Both the position numbers and the translations under genes were made by a program. A DNA stretch of 62,760 bases, from positions 1 through 62,760 of IMG/VR virus record IMGVR_UViG_3300044707_000497; one strand, written 5' to 3'. This document shows, piece after piece, positions 9,520 to 18,638 of the stretch. A model generated the notes under the pieces. It was given only the letters and a program-made list of their open reading frames with translations, had not been told where the DNA came from and ran no database searches. Position 1 is the stretch's first letter, and each line of letters begins with the position of its first letter. This stretch comes from a virus (taxonomy: Duplodnaviria > Caudoviricetes).

Positions 9520-12002
9520 AAAACAATACACGAAGCTCGCACACTGTAACTAAAAGTGCTACCGTCCTCTCGAAAAGCTGTAATTCTATCAAAATTGGCT
9601 AGTTCAAACATGCAGGACCCTACAAAAAAGCCTGATGTAGCATATGCCCCCCAAGCATACATAGAATATCTATTAGTAGTTCCATATTTAATAAAAGTAG
9701 CGTTAAAACTTACAAAGTCCGTAGCAGAATTGCTGCTAGCGATATACCCATTCTCAGCGCTGAAATTAGCAACACTGTTACCATTAAACCTAGCGCCGGA
9801 GCTAACGTAACTTGTCAAATTTGCCGTGCTGGAGCCGACCCTGAAATAAATAATAGAGCTTTGATCGGAGCCGGTTAGAGTGACTGCAAAACGAAGATTG
9901 ATAATGTTGGCGTTCGATACCGGAAATATATGGGTATGAGAGCCAGTAACGCCAGTAAAGCCCGAGGAAACGGCGTTGTTTTCATGAACTCTAGGCAATA
10001 AGTTTGTTATTTCTGTATGCGTATGCCCAAGTTGGCTGTAACGAGCGTCTTGTTGTGCTTCCGTCAGACGCATAATTGCCCATGGCGTCCAACCATTTGA
10101 ATGATTTCTATGGCGGACATAAACAGCGTTGCTAGAATTTGAAGGGCCATTCAAATCTAAGTGGCTGTATAGTGTTTGTCTAAGCCAACTACTATTATGG
10201 CCCTGAACAAACCCAATCCAACTTGTATTGTTATTCTGCGCGGGAGGGGAATTTGAAGCGTTAAGCCCAGTATAAAACCCTTGCTGCGTAGCATTGTCCC
10301 AGTTGCTAGTTAAATTATCTTGACTTTCATCCGACAAACGGGTGAGGAGATCGTAAGGAAGTGGGGTTCCGATTGTAATGTCCGAACTGCCGTCAAAAGA
10401 AACGCCATTGATGCTTCTGGCGGTTGTGAGCTTGCCAGCGGTAGTTGCACTGGTTGCGGTTCCAGTCAAATCCGCTGTGATTGTTCCTGCCGAAAAGTTC
10501 CCTAGGGCATCCCTTGCTACAATGGCGCTGACAGTATTGGCGCTGGCCGCTGTGGTGGCAGAGTTCAGCACTTTCCCTGATGTCGAAATCGTGGCGAGCT
10601 TGGTGTCGGCAATCGCAGCGGTGGCATTGATGTCCGCGTCCACAATCACCCCTGCTGTAATTTGAACAGGGATTGTTAAGTTAGCGCCGCCATCGAAAGT
10701 TTGCGCGGTTCCAGTGAGATCGCCGGAGACATTAACATTGCGTGCCGTTTCGAGCTTGGTCGCCGTTGCAGCATTTCCCGTACATGAAGTAGAGGAGCCT
10801 GTCAGGCTTGCGGTGATCGTGCCTGCCGAGAAGTTGCCCGAGGCGTCGCGTTGAACGAGGCTGCTGACTGTGTTAGTCGAGCCATAGGCAACAGGAGTTG
10901 CCAGTAGGCCGTTGCTTACCACGACCGCGCCTGTTCCGGCTGGGGCGGGGCCAGCGGGGCCTTGACCGCCCGTATCGCCCTTGTCGCCCTTGTCGCCTTT
11001 GACGCCTTGCGGGACAGTGAATTTAAGAACTGCGGCGGACGCGGTACCTGTGTTTTCAACAAGAGCGCTCGTTCCTGCCGCTCCAGTTACAGTCTGCCCT
11101 ACAGAAATAGTGGCTAGCGGGCCTTGCGGGCCTCGTATTGGCCCTGTATTTGTCCAAGCAGTGCCGCTCCAGACATACCCATCCCCCGTATCTGAAACCA
11201 CCCATAGGTCGCCTTGAGTGCGGTTGGCGGCAGGAAGTGCGCTAAAAGTAGCAACTGCGCCTTTCAATACGACGCTCGTGCCGTCTTTTCCCGCCACGCC
11301 CTGAATACCTTGCGGGATGGTGAAATTCAGAACGGCGGCAGAGGTCGTGCCGGAGTTTGAGACTGCGGCGTTTGTTCCTGCTGCTCCCGTCGTAGTCGTT
11401 CCGACTGCAATGGTCGCTGCGGTGCCAGTATCGCCCTTGGGGACTGTGAAATTCAGAACGGCGGCAGAGGTCGTGCCGGAGTTTGAGACTGCCGCGTTTG
11501 TTCCTGCCGCGCCTGTCGTAGTTGTTCCGACTGCGAGCGTCGCTGCATCGCCTTTGACACCTTGAGGGATGGTGAAGTTTAAAACGGCGGCGGAAGTTGT
11601 GCCGGAGTTTGAGACTGCGGCATTCGTGCCTGCCGCGCCTGTCGTAGTCGTTCCGACTGCAACCGTGGCTGCTGTTCCGGTATCTCCTTTAGGAACTGTA
11701 AAGTTTAAAACAGCGGCAGAGGTCGTGCCGGAGTTTGCGACTGCTGCGCTTGTCCCTGCCGCGCCTGTCGTGGTCGTGCCGACTGCTACCGTCGCTGCGT
11801 CTCCTTTGTCGCCCTGTTTTCCGGCAGGACCAACTCCGACTTCGACCCACTGCCCGTTGATGTAAAGATACTCGCGCAGGGTTTGAGTATTGGCCCACCG
11901 CGTCCCGAAAGGCGGGTTCACTGGGGCTGTCGCCGCGTAGATCGTATCCCTCGGAGGAGCGGCGTTGAGTTGATTTGTTACAGGGTTAAATAAAAATCTC
12001 AT
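9516..12002 (-). CDS. Long tail fibre with collagen-spaced repeats
   Basis: Repeats AATxAVGTTTTGAAGTxAAVxNSGTTSAAVLNFTxP, ATKLETARN-type fibre motifs, AT-richer C-terminal tip. Confidence 0.88.
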   Translation of the reverse strand: MRFLFNPVTNQLNAAPPRDTIYAATAPVNPPFGTRWANTQTLREYLYINGQWVEVGVGPAGKQGDKGDAATVAVGTTTTGAAGTSAAVANSGTTSAAVLNFTVPKGDTGTAATVAVGTTTTGAAGTNAAVSNSGTTSAAVLNFTIPQGVKGDAATLAVGTTTTGAAGTNAAVSNSGTTSAAVLNFTVPKGDTGTAATIAVGTTTTGAAGTNAAVSNSGTTSAAVLNFTIPQGIQGVAGKDGTSVVLKGAVATFSALPAANRTQGDLWVVSDTGDGYVWSGTAWTNTGPIRGPQGPLATISVGQTVTGAAGTSALVENTGTASAAVLKFTVPQGVKGDKGDKGDTGGQGPAGPAPAGTGAVVVSNGLLATPVAYGSTNTVSSLVQRDASGNFSAGTITASLTGSSTSCTGNAATATKLETARNVNVSGDLTGTAQTFDGGANLTIPVQITAGVIVDADINATAAIADTKLATISTSGKVLNSATTAASANTVSAIVARDALGNFSAGTITADLTGTATSATTAGKLTTARSINGVSFDGSSDITIGTPLPYDLLTRLSDESQDNLTSNWDNATQQGFYTGLNASNSPPAQNNNTSWIGFVQGHNSSWLRQTLYSHLDLNGPSNSSNAVYVRHRNHSNGWTPWAIMRLTEAQQDARYSQLGHTHTEITNLLPRVHENNAVSSGFTGVTGSHTHIFPVSNANIINLRFAVTLTGSDQSSIIYFRVGSSTANLTSYVSSGARFNGNSVANFSAENGYIASSNSATDFVSFNATFIKYGTTNRYSMYAWGAYATSGFFVGSCMFELANFDRITAFREDGSTFSYSVRASCIVL
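11310..11812 (-). repeat. Four tandem ~120-nt coding repeats in the tail fibre gene (diverged copies near 11010-11125 and 13100-13225)
   Basis: Near-identical gtgccggagttt/gcgcctgtcgt blocks repeated at about 120-130 nt spacing. Confidence 0.9.
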
Positions 12003-12691
12003 ACCGGGGTAATAAAAGTTACCTGCCCGTTTGCGTCATACGACAAGGCTACCCGCAAGGCGTTCACGCCGCCGCGTGTGTAGGTGATTAAAGTGGGGCC
12101 GTATTGCCCGTTGACGACAGACATTGAATACCCGTTGGCGGGGCTGTAGGCGTCGAAGTTTAAAACTGGGTATTTGCCGTCCACTAAGGCAGGCAGTTTG
12201 TTATTGAGGAGCGTCTGTGTTTCGTCGCTTTCGGTTTTGACCTCGGTCTTGAATGCGGTCAGGAGCGTCTGCGTCTCGTTAAATTCGTTTTGGAGGAGCG
12301 TCTGTGTCGCATCGCTTTCATCTTTGACCTCGGTCTTAAATGCGGTGAGGAGTGTCTGCGTCTCGTTAAACTCAGTCTGAAGGAGCGTCTGCGTCTCATC
12401 ACTCTCGTCTTTGATGAGCTTCCCTAAGTCAACCCCGTCTTCGTAGAAAACTGCAACCTTGTCGGTGTCGCGGTGAACATCGCAGTCCTTGAAATCTGTA
12501 AAATGGATGACCGTATTTCCAGCAACCACGGAAATCTCTGCGGGGTCGTCTATCGAAAAATTGTGGTAAACAAAACCCACCGTCGCATTGACGACGAGCA
12601 GAACGCGCTCGGCGCTCAGTTCAATGCCGACCAGAGTGACCGTGCGGGCGGCGACATCCAGATTAACAGTGCCTTTGAATTGCTGTTTCAT
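11999..12691 (-). CDS. Tail-associated protein, paralog of the N-terminus of 4103..6115
   Basis: Shared MKQQFKG...NATVGxVYHNF start and [21 protein letters not shown] heptad repeats. Confidence 0.8.
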   Translation of the reverse strand: MKQQFKGTVNLDVAARTVTLVGIELSAERVLLVVNATVGFVYHNFSIDDPAEISVVAGNTVIHFTDFKDCDVHRDTDKVAVFYEDGVDLGKLIKDESDETQTLLQTEFNETQTLLTAFKTEVKDESDATQTLLQNEFNETQTLLTAFKTEVKTESDETQTLLNNKLPALVDGKYPVLNFDAYSPANGYSMSVVNGQYGPTLITYTRGGVNALRVALSYDANGQVTFITPV

Positions 12692-13275
12692 ACTCCTCCT
12701 AGGGCAATCGCCAGTGCCATGACCGATGCTTTGCTTACTTCCCCCTGCCGCCCCATAGGGCCAGCGGGGCCGACGCTGCCACGAGGGCCAGCTAACCCGC
12801 GAGGGCCTTCAGGGCCGAACGGGCCAGGAATGCCTTGCGGGCCTGGGGGGCCAAAATCACCAGGAATGCCTTGAAACCCGCGCTCGCCGCGATCTCCTTG
12901 CAACCCCCTAGGGCCGGGCAAGCCGCGCTCGCCTTGTAACCCGCGAGGGCCTTCGGGGCCTTCGGGGCCTTCGGGGCCGATTGGTCCCCTCGGCCCAACA
13001 ACAGTATCCCCCTTTAGCCCTTGCAAACCGCGTTCTCCCTGCAACCCGCGAAGTCCATCAGGGCCGCGAGGGCCTTCTGGCCCCCTAGGGCCCGCAACGC
13101 CTGATGGAATGGTAAAATTTAAAATCCGGTTGCTCGCCGTGCCGGACTGCGTCACGGAAGCGGTTCCGCCAGCGGTTCCGGTGGTGACGACGCCAACAGT
13201 AATTGTGGCAGCGTCTCCCTTGGGGCCTTGTGGCCCTGTCAAGCCGGAGCCGATGATTTCAATAATGTCGCTCAT
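12688..13275 (-). CDS. Collagen triple-helix repeat protein
   Basis: Long Gly-X-Y tract; C-terminal [10 protein letters not shown] typical of phage fibre anchors. Confidence 0.9.
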   Translation of the reverse strand: MSDIIEIIGSGLTGPQGPKGDAATITVGVVTTGTAGGTASVTQSGTASNRILNFTIPSGVAGPRGPEGPRGPDGLRGLQGERGLQGLKGDTVVGPRGPIGPEGPEGPEGPRGLQGERGLPGPRGLQGDRGERGFQGIPGDFGPPGPQGIPGPFGPEGPRGLAGPRGSVGPAGPMGRQGEVSKASVMALAIALGGV

Positions 13276-13613
13276 ACTGTCACCTCCGCGACAACTACCA
13301 CCGTTCCACGAATGAGCTTCCGAACCACTGAACCAAAAGAAACCTCCAGGTCGTAAACAAAATTCCCTGCGGGGATGGATGCGGTCTCCTGCGGGGTCAA
13401 CTCTAGAGAAACGATACCCGTGCTGCCGCCGAGAAGGATGCGGCTGTTCGTATTTGAAAGCTCAAAAACAACTGGAGTTGAGTAACTTCTACGCAACTGC
13501 ATCTTGGCAGTAGCTCCAGTCAAATTCATAATAGCCCCATCCACCTTCCAGCGAAATTGCGTCTGGAACGTCGAACCCTGCTCAATAGTTAGCGGATATT
13601 CAGTGGCCTCCAT
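13272..13613 (-). CDS. Virion structural/fibre adaptor protein
   Basis: LTIEQGSTF...[12 protein letters not shown]...YDLEV...KLIRGTV, an Ig-like adaptor pattern common before fibre genes. Confidence 0.75.
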   Translation of the reverse strand: MEATEYPLTIEQGSTFQTQFRWKVDGAIMNLTGATAKMQLRRSYSTPVVFELSNTNSRILLGGSTGIVSLELTPQETASIPAGNFVYDLEVSFGSVVRKLIRGTVVVVAEVTV

Positions 13614-13637
13614 TATTAACCTTATAGGTTAATACAC

Positions 13638-15416
13638 CTAACTCGACAAAAGACAAGGGGAATTTCGCCTTGGGGCAAACTTTTTATCCATCATCCGCCG
13701 CCATGTCGTCCCTGCCCTGTTGCCCGCACCGCCCTCCTGGGGCGGTCGGATGCCGAGCCGTTCCCGAACCACTTCCAGCAAAACAAACGCCGCGTCCGCC
13801 ACGTCAGGCGAGCGACCCATGCGGGCTTTCATATCCGCCTTTGGCTCGACACACAATTTCATGCCCCCTGATTTGCGGGTCTCGAAGTTGCGGGCGGTCA
13901 TCTCCTGCGCGAGGTCGGGGCAGATTCCGCGAAGTTGTCCATTTTGAAGATACTCCTTCGCGCCGAACCAAAGTTCGGTGACTCGGTTGGTGTATTTGTC
14001 TTTCGCCAGAGTCGAGTCGTAGGCCGACAAAGAACGCTCAGTCGGCGAGCCCCCGAAATGCACCCGCAGAAATTCATTGCTCCCTAGGACCCGCGAGAGC
14101 GCATCGCAGAACGGCACGCCGCCGCCCGTGACATCGACGCCGACATATTGAAACCGCACGCGCTCCCGCTCCAGAATAGCGGCAATCTTCTGCGCCACCT
14201 GGAACGTGCGGGGTTCTCGGGAACTGGCCTCGTCCTCGATGTAATGGAAGGTATCAAATGATACTTGCTCATTGCCATCACGGTTCAACCCGTAGGAGCC
14301 GATATAAAGAACGCAGCGGTCGCCACCAGAAACGAAAGATGGATCAATGCCCGCGATGCGAGTCGTAGCGCCTTGCCAGACGGGCGGCTGGTCGCCCTTA
14401 AATTTGATAATCTCGGACTCGGAGTAGATCGCTTTGGAAATTCCTTGAGGCGGCCAGAACCCACGGAAGTCACGCCAGAACATCGGTGAGTCCTCACCTA
14501 GGCGTTCGACGGCATCGTCAATCTTTTCAAATTTTTGGATCGGCCAGAGATTTTCACGGGCGATGTAGTTCGGGTTCCGCAGCGCGTCAAAGTGCAGGCA
14601 AACCCCTCCCAGCTTGGTTTCCCAGCGGTCGTCGTTCACCGAAATCGAAGTCCACCCATCTAGCGGTTCCACAAATTTTCCGAAGGGATCGTAGTAGGAA
14701 ACCGGATTCGCTGCCGCGCAAATATGCAGCACCGCATTGTTGCTCAAGTTCGAGATCGCAGTGTCGAGAAGCGAGTGCGACAATTCACTCAACTCATCCG
14801 CTGCCAGAAAGACTCGCGGAGCTTTCATGCCTCGCATTTTTCCGGTGACTTCGGAGGTTTTTTTAGCCTCAGCGGGGATCAAATAAATCCCAGCCTGCTC
14901 CATGCGGACGCCATCGCGGAGGACGTAGATCGCCGGAGTGGGAGTGTCAGTGAGCTTCGCGGGGCTCACAGGCTTGATCGCGGGCCAATAGCGTTGCACT
15001 GCGCCCCAAACGCGCTTCTTAGAATCGCGGATGGAAGTCGAGGTCAACAGCCCCAGCGTGTGAAAGGGAGCCGCGAGCCAGTTGAGCAAAATCCAAACCG
15101 CCATGAAATCCGACTTACCCGAAGAACCGCAGCCAGCGAACCCGACGAACTGATTCGTGCAACACTCATGCAGCATCTCCTCGGCCCACGGATGCCAAAC
15201 AAAAGGCTCTGTGCTTTTAGAAAAAAACATTTGAGCGGCGCGGCGAAAATTATCTTCGCGAGGTGTGCCGTCCGGTGCCACACTTCGGTAAGCGTGCAAC
15301 TCAATCGTCCAATCCGCCGTCGATTCAGGGTAAACAAACCCATACCGAACTTTGCTTCCTTTAGGGACGGGCGTCTTACCGTCATCGACAAAAATTCCCG
15401 CGCTCTGCTTGAACAT
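13638..15416 (-). CDS. terL: Terminase large subunit
   Basis: Walker A GCGSSGKS, Walker B FLAADE, nuclease GIDPS...GVD...SPDVADA. ATG at 15416 preferred over TTG at 15437. Confidence 0.92.
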   Translation of the reverse strand: MFKQSAGIFVDDGKTPVPKGSKVRYGFVYPESTADWTIELHAYRSVAPDGTPREDNFRRAAQMFFSKSTEPFVWHPWAEEMLHECCTNQFVGFAGCGSSGKSDFMAVWILLNWLAAPFHTLGLLTSTSIRDSKKRVWGAVQRYWPAIKPVSPAKLTDTPTPAIYVLRDGVRMEQAGIYLIPAEAKKTSEVTGKMRGMKAPRVFLAADELSELSHSLLDTAISNLSNNAVLHICAAANPVSYYDPFGKFVEPLDGWTSISVNDDRWETKLGGVCLHFDALRNPNYIARENLWPIQKFEKIDDAVERLGEDSPMFWRDFRGFWPPQGISKAIYSESEIIKFKGDQPPVWQGATTRIAGIDPSFVSGGDRCVLYIGSYGLNRDGNEQVSFDTFHYIEDEASSREPRTFQVAQKIAAILERERVRFQYVGVDVTGGGVPFCDALSRVLGSNEFLRVHFGGSPTERSLSAYDSTLAKDKYTNRVTELWFGAKEYLQNGQLRGICPDLAQEMTARNFETRKSGGMKLCVEPKADMKARMGRSPDVADAAFVLLEVVRERLGIRPPQEGGAGNRAGTTWRRMMDKKFAPRRNSPCLLSS

Positions 15417-15418
15417 TT

Positions 15419-15668
15419 CTGGACAAAGTCTGTCCAACTCTGGACAAAGTCAATACCGACTTTGTGAAAACATATAGCCTATAAGAGTTTATACAAAACC
15501 GTAAACGAATTCGAGCCCCGTAGGCTCCGCTCTTTTTTGTCCAAATTTTTTCTGGACAAAAATTCGGTTCTCCTACGCAAGACTACGGGTTTTCCGTTTG
15601 CGGTTGTATAAAAAGTGTAATAGGTTATTACACCTGAAACACGTTTTGTCCAGACTTTCTGGACAAAA
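15419..15668. mobile_element. attP: tRNA-3'-end core (15510-15530) flanked by TGGACAAA arm-type repeats
   Basis: TTCGAGC-CCCGT-AGGCTCC-G-C reads as T-loop, T-stem, acceptor strand and G discriminator (tRNA-Asp-like). Seven TGGACA/TGTCCA copies, including the IR TTTTGTCCAGA-CTT-TCTGGACAAAA at 15644-15668; directly upstream of the integrase. Confidence 0.85.
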
Positions 15669-15682
15669 TCACAAACCAAAAA

Positions 15683-16882
15683 ATGAAAATCCAAACTCAA
15701 AACCCTGACGAAAAAACAACCGTTCTGCGCTGCGGACACGCCAACGTGCGCGTGCAAAAATTAGAGCGCGGGCGCTACACCACCTTCCGACTCTTTTGGA
15801 AAGTGGGACGCAAGACCTACACGCGAGCCTACAATGACGAAGTATCCGCTCTGGCAGAAGCGGAGCGGGTGATACGGCATCTGGCGACATGCGACGGAAA
15901 CGCTACCGCGCTGCGCGGCGAGGATGTGAGCTACTTCAACGAGTGCAAGGAGCGGCTTGGCTCAATCCCCATGCACGCTGCCGTGGAGTTCTATTTGAAG
16001 TTTCACGAGAAGACTTCGCAGAACCCGCAAACTTTCGCGGAGGTGTGGGATTTGTTTTATCAAAAAGTTCAGGAACGCCAACTCTCCAACCGTTACTACC
16101 AGACGCTTCGCCATCATCGCAACGTGTGGGCTCCCGAGTTTGGAAAAAGATTCATCGACACAATTTCCAACGAAGAATACTTGACCTTTTTGCGCGGGCT
16201 CAAATACCAGCCCCGCACGAAACACAATTTATTTGGATCGCTTGTTGCGCTCCTGCGCTTCGCTCGCAAACAGCGTTTCATCAGTCAAGACAAGTTGGAG
16301 ATCGAAGCGGATTTTCCTGCCATCGGTGATGAGACCCCCGAGTTCTACAGCCCGAAAGAACTTCTCGCGGTGTTCGCAGCAACCGACAAGCGATACCTCG
16401 CCTACACGGCGCTGATGGCGTTTGGCGGGTCGCGCCGCTCGGAAGCGGGTAGCCGAAAACTCAAGATGTCAAACATTCTTTTTGAGGAAAAAATGATTCG
16501 CCTCTCGCCCGAGATCACGAAGACACGCACCGGACGCACGCTGGACATCACGCCGAACCTTGAAGCCTGGCTCAAAGAGTTTGGGCCGGAGGATGGGCCG
16601 CTTGTTGCCACACACAAAATCCACCCGCCTGACGCCGACTTGCTCAAGACGCTCGGAGTCCAAACAAAAGACAACGCTCTGCGTCACTCGTTCTGCTCCT
16701 ATCATCTCGCGCTCCATCGCAACTCAGCCATGACCGCCGAGGTCGCTGGAAACTCCCCCACCATGTTAGCCAAGCATTACAAGGCGCTCGTCTCGCGAGC
16801 AGCAGCCGAGGAGTGGTTTGGCATAACCCCTGACAGTGTGAGAAAGTTTGCACTCGAAAAAGGTATTCGGTTAGAGTGGTAA
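15683..16882 (+). CDS. int: Tyrosine recombinase/integrase
   Basis: GSRRSE (R), TKT (K), NALRHSF (xxRH), GNS, KHY (Y). Confidence 0.93.
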   Translation: MKIQTQNPDEKTTVLRCGHANVRVQKLERGRYTTFRLFWKVGRKTYTRAYNDEVSALAEAERVIRHLATCDGNATALRGEDVSYFNECKERLGSIPMHAAVEFYLKFHEKTSQNPQTFAEVWDLFYQKVQERQLSNRYYQTLRHHRNVWAPEFGKRFIDTISNEEYLTFLRGLKYQPRTKHNLFGSLVALLRFARKQRFISQDKLEIEADFPAIGDETPEFYSPKELLAVFAATDKRYLAYTALMAFGGSRRSEAGSRKLKMSNILFEEKMIRLSPEITKTRTGRTLDITPNLEAWLKEFGPEDGPLVATHKIHPPDADLLKTLGVQTKDNALRHSFCSYHLALHRNSAMTAEVAGNSPTMLAKHYKALVSRAAAEEWFGITPDSVRKFALEKGIRLEW

Positions 16883-16940
16883 TAAGTTAGACGGAGACGC
16901 GGAGGTTTTTTGCAAAGTTTTTGAAAAAAAAAAAATAAAT

Positions 16941-16968
16941 TTGAACACTTGCGTAACCTCCGCGTCTA
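16941..16968 (+). promoter_or_regulatory. Candidate ECF-type promoter TTGAAC-N17-GTCTA
   Basis: Same bipartite motif at 21007, 26366 and 42203; upstream A-tract; overlapped by one arm of a 13-bp IR (16895-16907/16955-16967). Confidence 0.6.
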
Positions 16969-17046
16969 ATCTCACAACCCGCCTGCCTACGCAGATGTCG
17001 GACAGAAAATGCGGTGACAAACAATCAACCAACAAAAGAAAAAAAA

Positions 17047-17331
17047 ATGCCTAATAAACTCAAAGAAGGAACACTTCGCGTGTCCTATGTAGAAAGCCAG
17101 ATCAACAACAAAGCCGTCGCGTTGCTTGCTGGACTCAAAAGCGTGACCATATCCGCCGTTATTCGAGAGGCAGTGATTAAGCTCCTAGAAGTAGAAGACC
17201 CAAGCGGCGAAATTCGCGCTACCGCAAAAGACTTGATCCAGCGCCAAAGTGACAGCGCGGATGAACGCCTCCAAACTAGACTAGACGACAAAATTCTTGA
17301 ACGACTCAAGAAACTTGCAACCCTTAGATAG
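17047..17331 (+). CDS. Ribbon-helix-helix-like regulator
   Basis: RVSYVES...ALLAGLKSVTISAVIREAVIKLL pattern. Confidence 0.65.
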   Translation: MPNKLKEGTLRVSYVESQINNKAVALLAGLKSVTISAVIREAVIKLLEVEDPSGEIRATAKDLIQRQSDSADERLQTRLDDKILERLKKLATLR

Positions 17332-17417
17332 TGTTGTATTAAAATTTTCCCCTAGAGCCCCTAAATAGAGTTGGGCAAACTCTACAACCCGAAAGTAAAT
17401 AACCGTTCCGAATAACT

Positions 17418-17576
17418 ATGCAACTAACACTGGCCGTCAACGAAACCACCGCAACGCACCTCAAAGCTCTTGCCGAAGCCTCGGGGGATACCCCTGAATC
17501 ACTGGCTGAGTTTTTATTGAACGATGCCGTGTTATCCGCCGCAGAAGACCCAGAACTAATTGGCGTGGATGAATAA
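17418..17576 (+). CDS. Small RHH-like protein (52 aa)
   Basis: MQLTLAVNETTATHLKALAEASGDTPESLAEFLLNDAV; not in the ORF track. Confidence 0.6.
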   Translation: MQLTLAVNETTATHLKALAEASGDTPESLAEFLLNDAVLSAAEDPELIGVDE

Positions 17577-17703
17577 AAAACTCATTCGCTCTTTTCCCTC
17601 GACTCCAACCATTGAAAAGTGGTTGGAGGCCGAGCGGAAAGCCACCGGAAAATCCATATCAGAAATCGTGCGAGAAGCCCTTCGCGCTTGGTTCAAACAA
17701 TGA
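17569..17703 (+). CDS. CopG/Arc-like RHH protein (44 aa)
   Basis: MNKKLIRSFPSTPTIEKWLEAERKATGKSISEIVREALRAWFKQ; coupled to both neighbours. Confidence 0.7.
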   Translation: MNKKLIRSFPSTPTIEKWLEAERKATGKSISEIVREALRAWFKQ

Positions 17704-17996
17704 CAACACTAATTTTTGAGTGCCGTTCTTTCACTGCGACTCCACTGGAGGACGGGAAGATGCGGCTAGAGATAGCAGGCGCTATCCAAAAAGCCAAAGA
17801 CGCCGAAGCCTCTTACGAAGCGGACGGCGCAATGGAGCGCCTGGGAGAGCTTCTGAACCGCAAGGTCACACGAAGTAAGCTCGCGTATTGGCGGGATAAC
17901 ATGAACCTGCCCTATCGTAAGCTGGGGCTTAAAAAATTCGTTTACCGCGAGGCTGATTTGGTCAAGTGGGCCAAGGGTCAAGTTGCAATAGGTTAA
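17700..17996 (+). CDS. Excisionase-like winged-HTH protein
   Basis: VTRSKLAYWRDNMNLPYRKLGLKKFVYREADLVKW; close to the integrase. Confidence 0.7.
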   Translation: MTTLIFECRSFTATPLEDGKMRLEIAGAIQKAKDAEASYEADGAMERLGELLNRKVTRSKLAYWRDNMNLPYRKLGLKKFVYREADLVKWAKGQVAIG

Positions 17997-18015
17997 TAAC
18001 CGTGTATTAGAACAG

Positions 18016-18357
18016 ATGGCAAAAATCAATTCACGCGCCAAGGGCGCACGCGGCGAGCGAGAGCTGGCCGCTTTTCTTTCCGACCAGGGGTTCCCCGCGA
18101 AGCGTGGGGTTCAATTCTCGCAAGGGCGCTTCGGTCTGACCGAGAGCGATGTGGTCTGCGACTCTCTTCCGCTTCACATTGAAGTGAAACGAGTGGAGGC
18201 GGGGAACCCTTACAACTGGCTCGCACAAGCCGTGCGAGACGCCAAGGAGGGAAAAATCCCAGCCGTTTTTCACAAGCGCAACGACCACGAATGGATCGTC
18301 GTGATCCGCGCTGAAGATTTCATTTCGATCCTCCGAGAATCCTCACTAATAAAATGA
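18016..18357 (+). CDS. Holliday junction resolvase (Hjc-like PD-(D/E)XK)
   Basis: SRAKGARGERE...D...HIEVKR. Confidence 0.85.
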   Translation: MAKINSRAKGARGERELAAFLSDQGFPAKRGVQFSQGRFGLTESDVVCDSLPLHIEVKRVEAGNPYNWLAQAVRDAKEGKIPAVFHKRNDHEWIVVIRAEDFISILRESSLIK

Positions 18358-18638
18358 CTGAAAGCATCCTCGAAACGGCAATTAAGGTCACGACCGGAGA
18401 CCGCCGCCGAGACTACGACAAAGCCTCCTCGAACCATGAAAGAATCGCAGACGGTTGGAACTGGTATCTAGCGGCTCGAAAAGACCCGTCCGCCCCCATT
18501 TCCGCTCTGGATGCGGCTCACATGATGATCGTGTTGAAGCTGGCGCGTGCCTGCTACACGCCGACCAAGGACACCTATGTTGACATCGCGGGCTACGCAA
18601 AATGCGCCTCGCAAATTTCTGGTTTCGAGGTCGAGTGA
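18354..18638 (+). CDS. DUF6378-like phage protein
   Basis: GDRRRDY...IADGW...MMIVLKLAR...DTYVDIAGYA. Confidence 0.75.
   Translation: MTESILETAIKVTTGDRRRDYDKASSNHERIADGWNWYLAARKDPSAPISALDAAHMMIVLKLARACYTPTKDTYVDIAGYAKCASQISGFEVE

Noticed and set aside
4103-12691. Diversity-generating retroelement suggested by duplicated tail sequences
   Set aside because: No reverse transcriptase in the window; the repeats are in N-terminal anchors and differences are not adenine-specific.
15510-15530. Complete tRNA gene at attP
   Set aside because: Only the T-loop to 3' end is present; no D or anticodon arm upstream.
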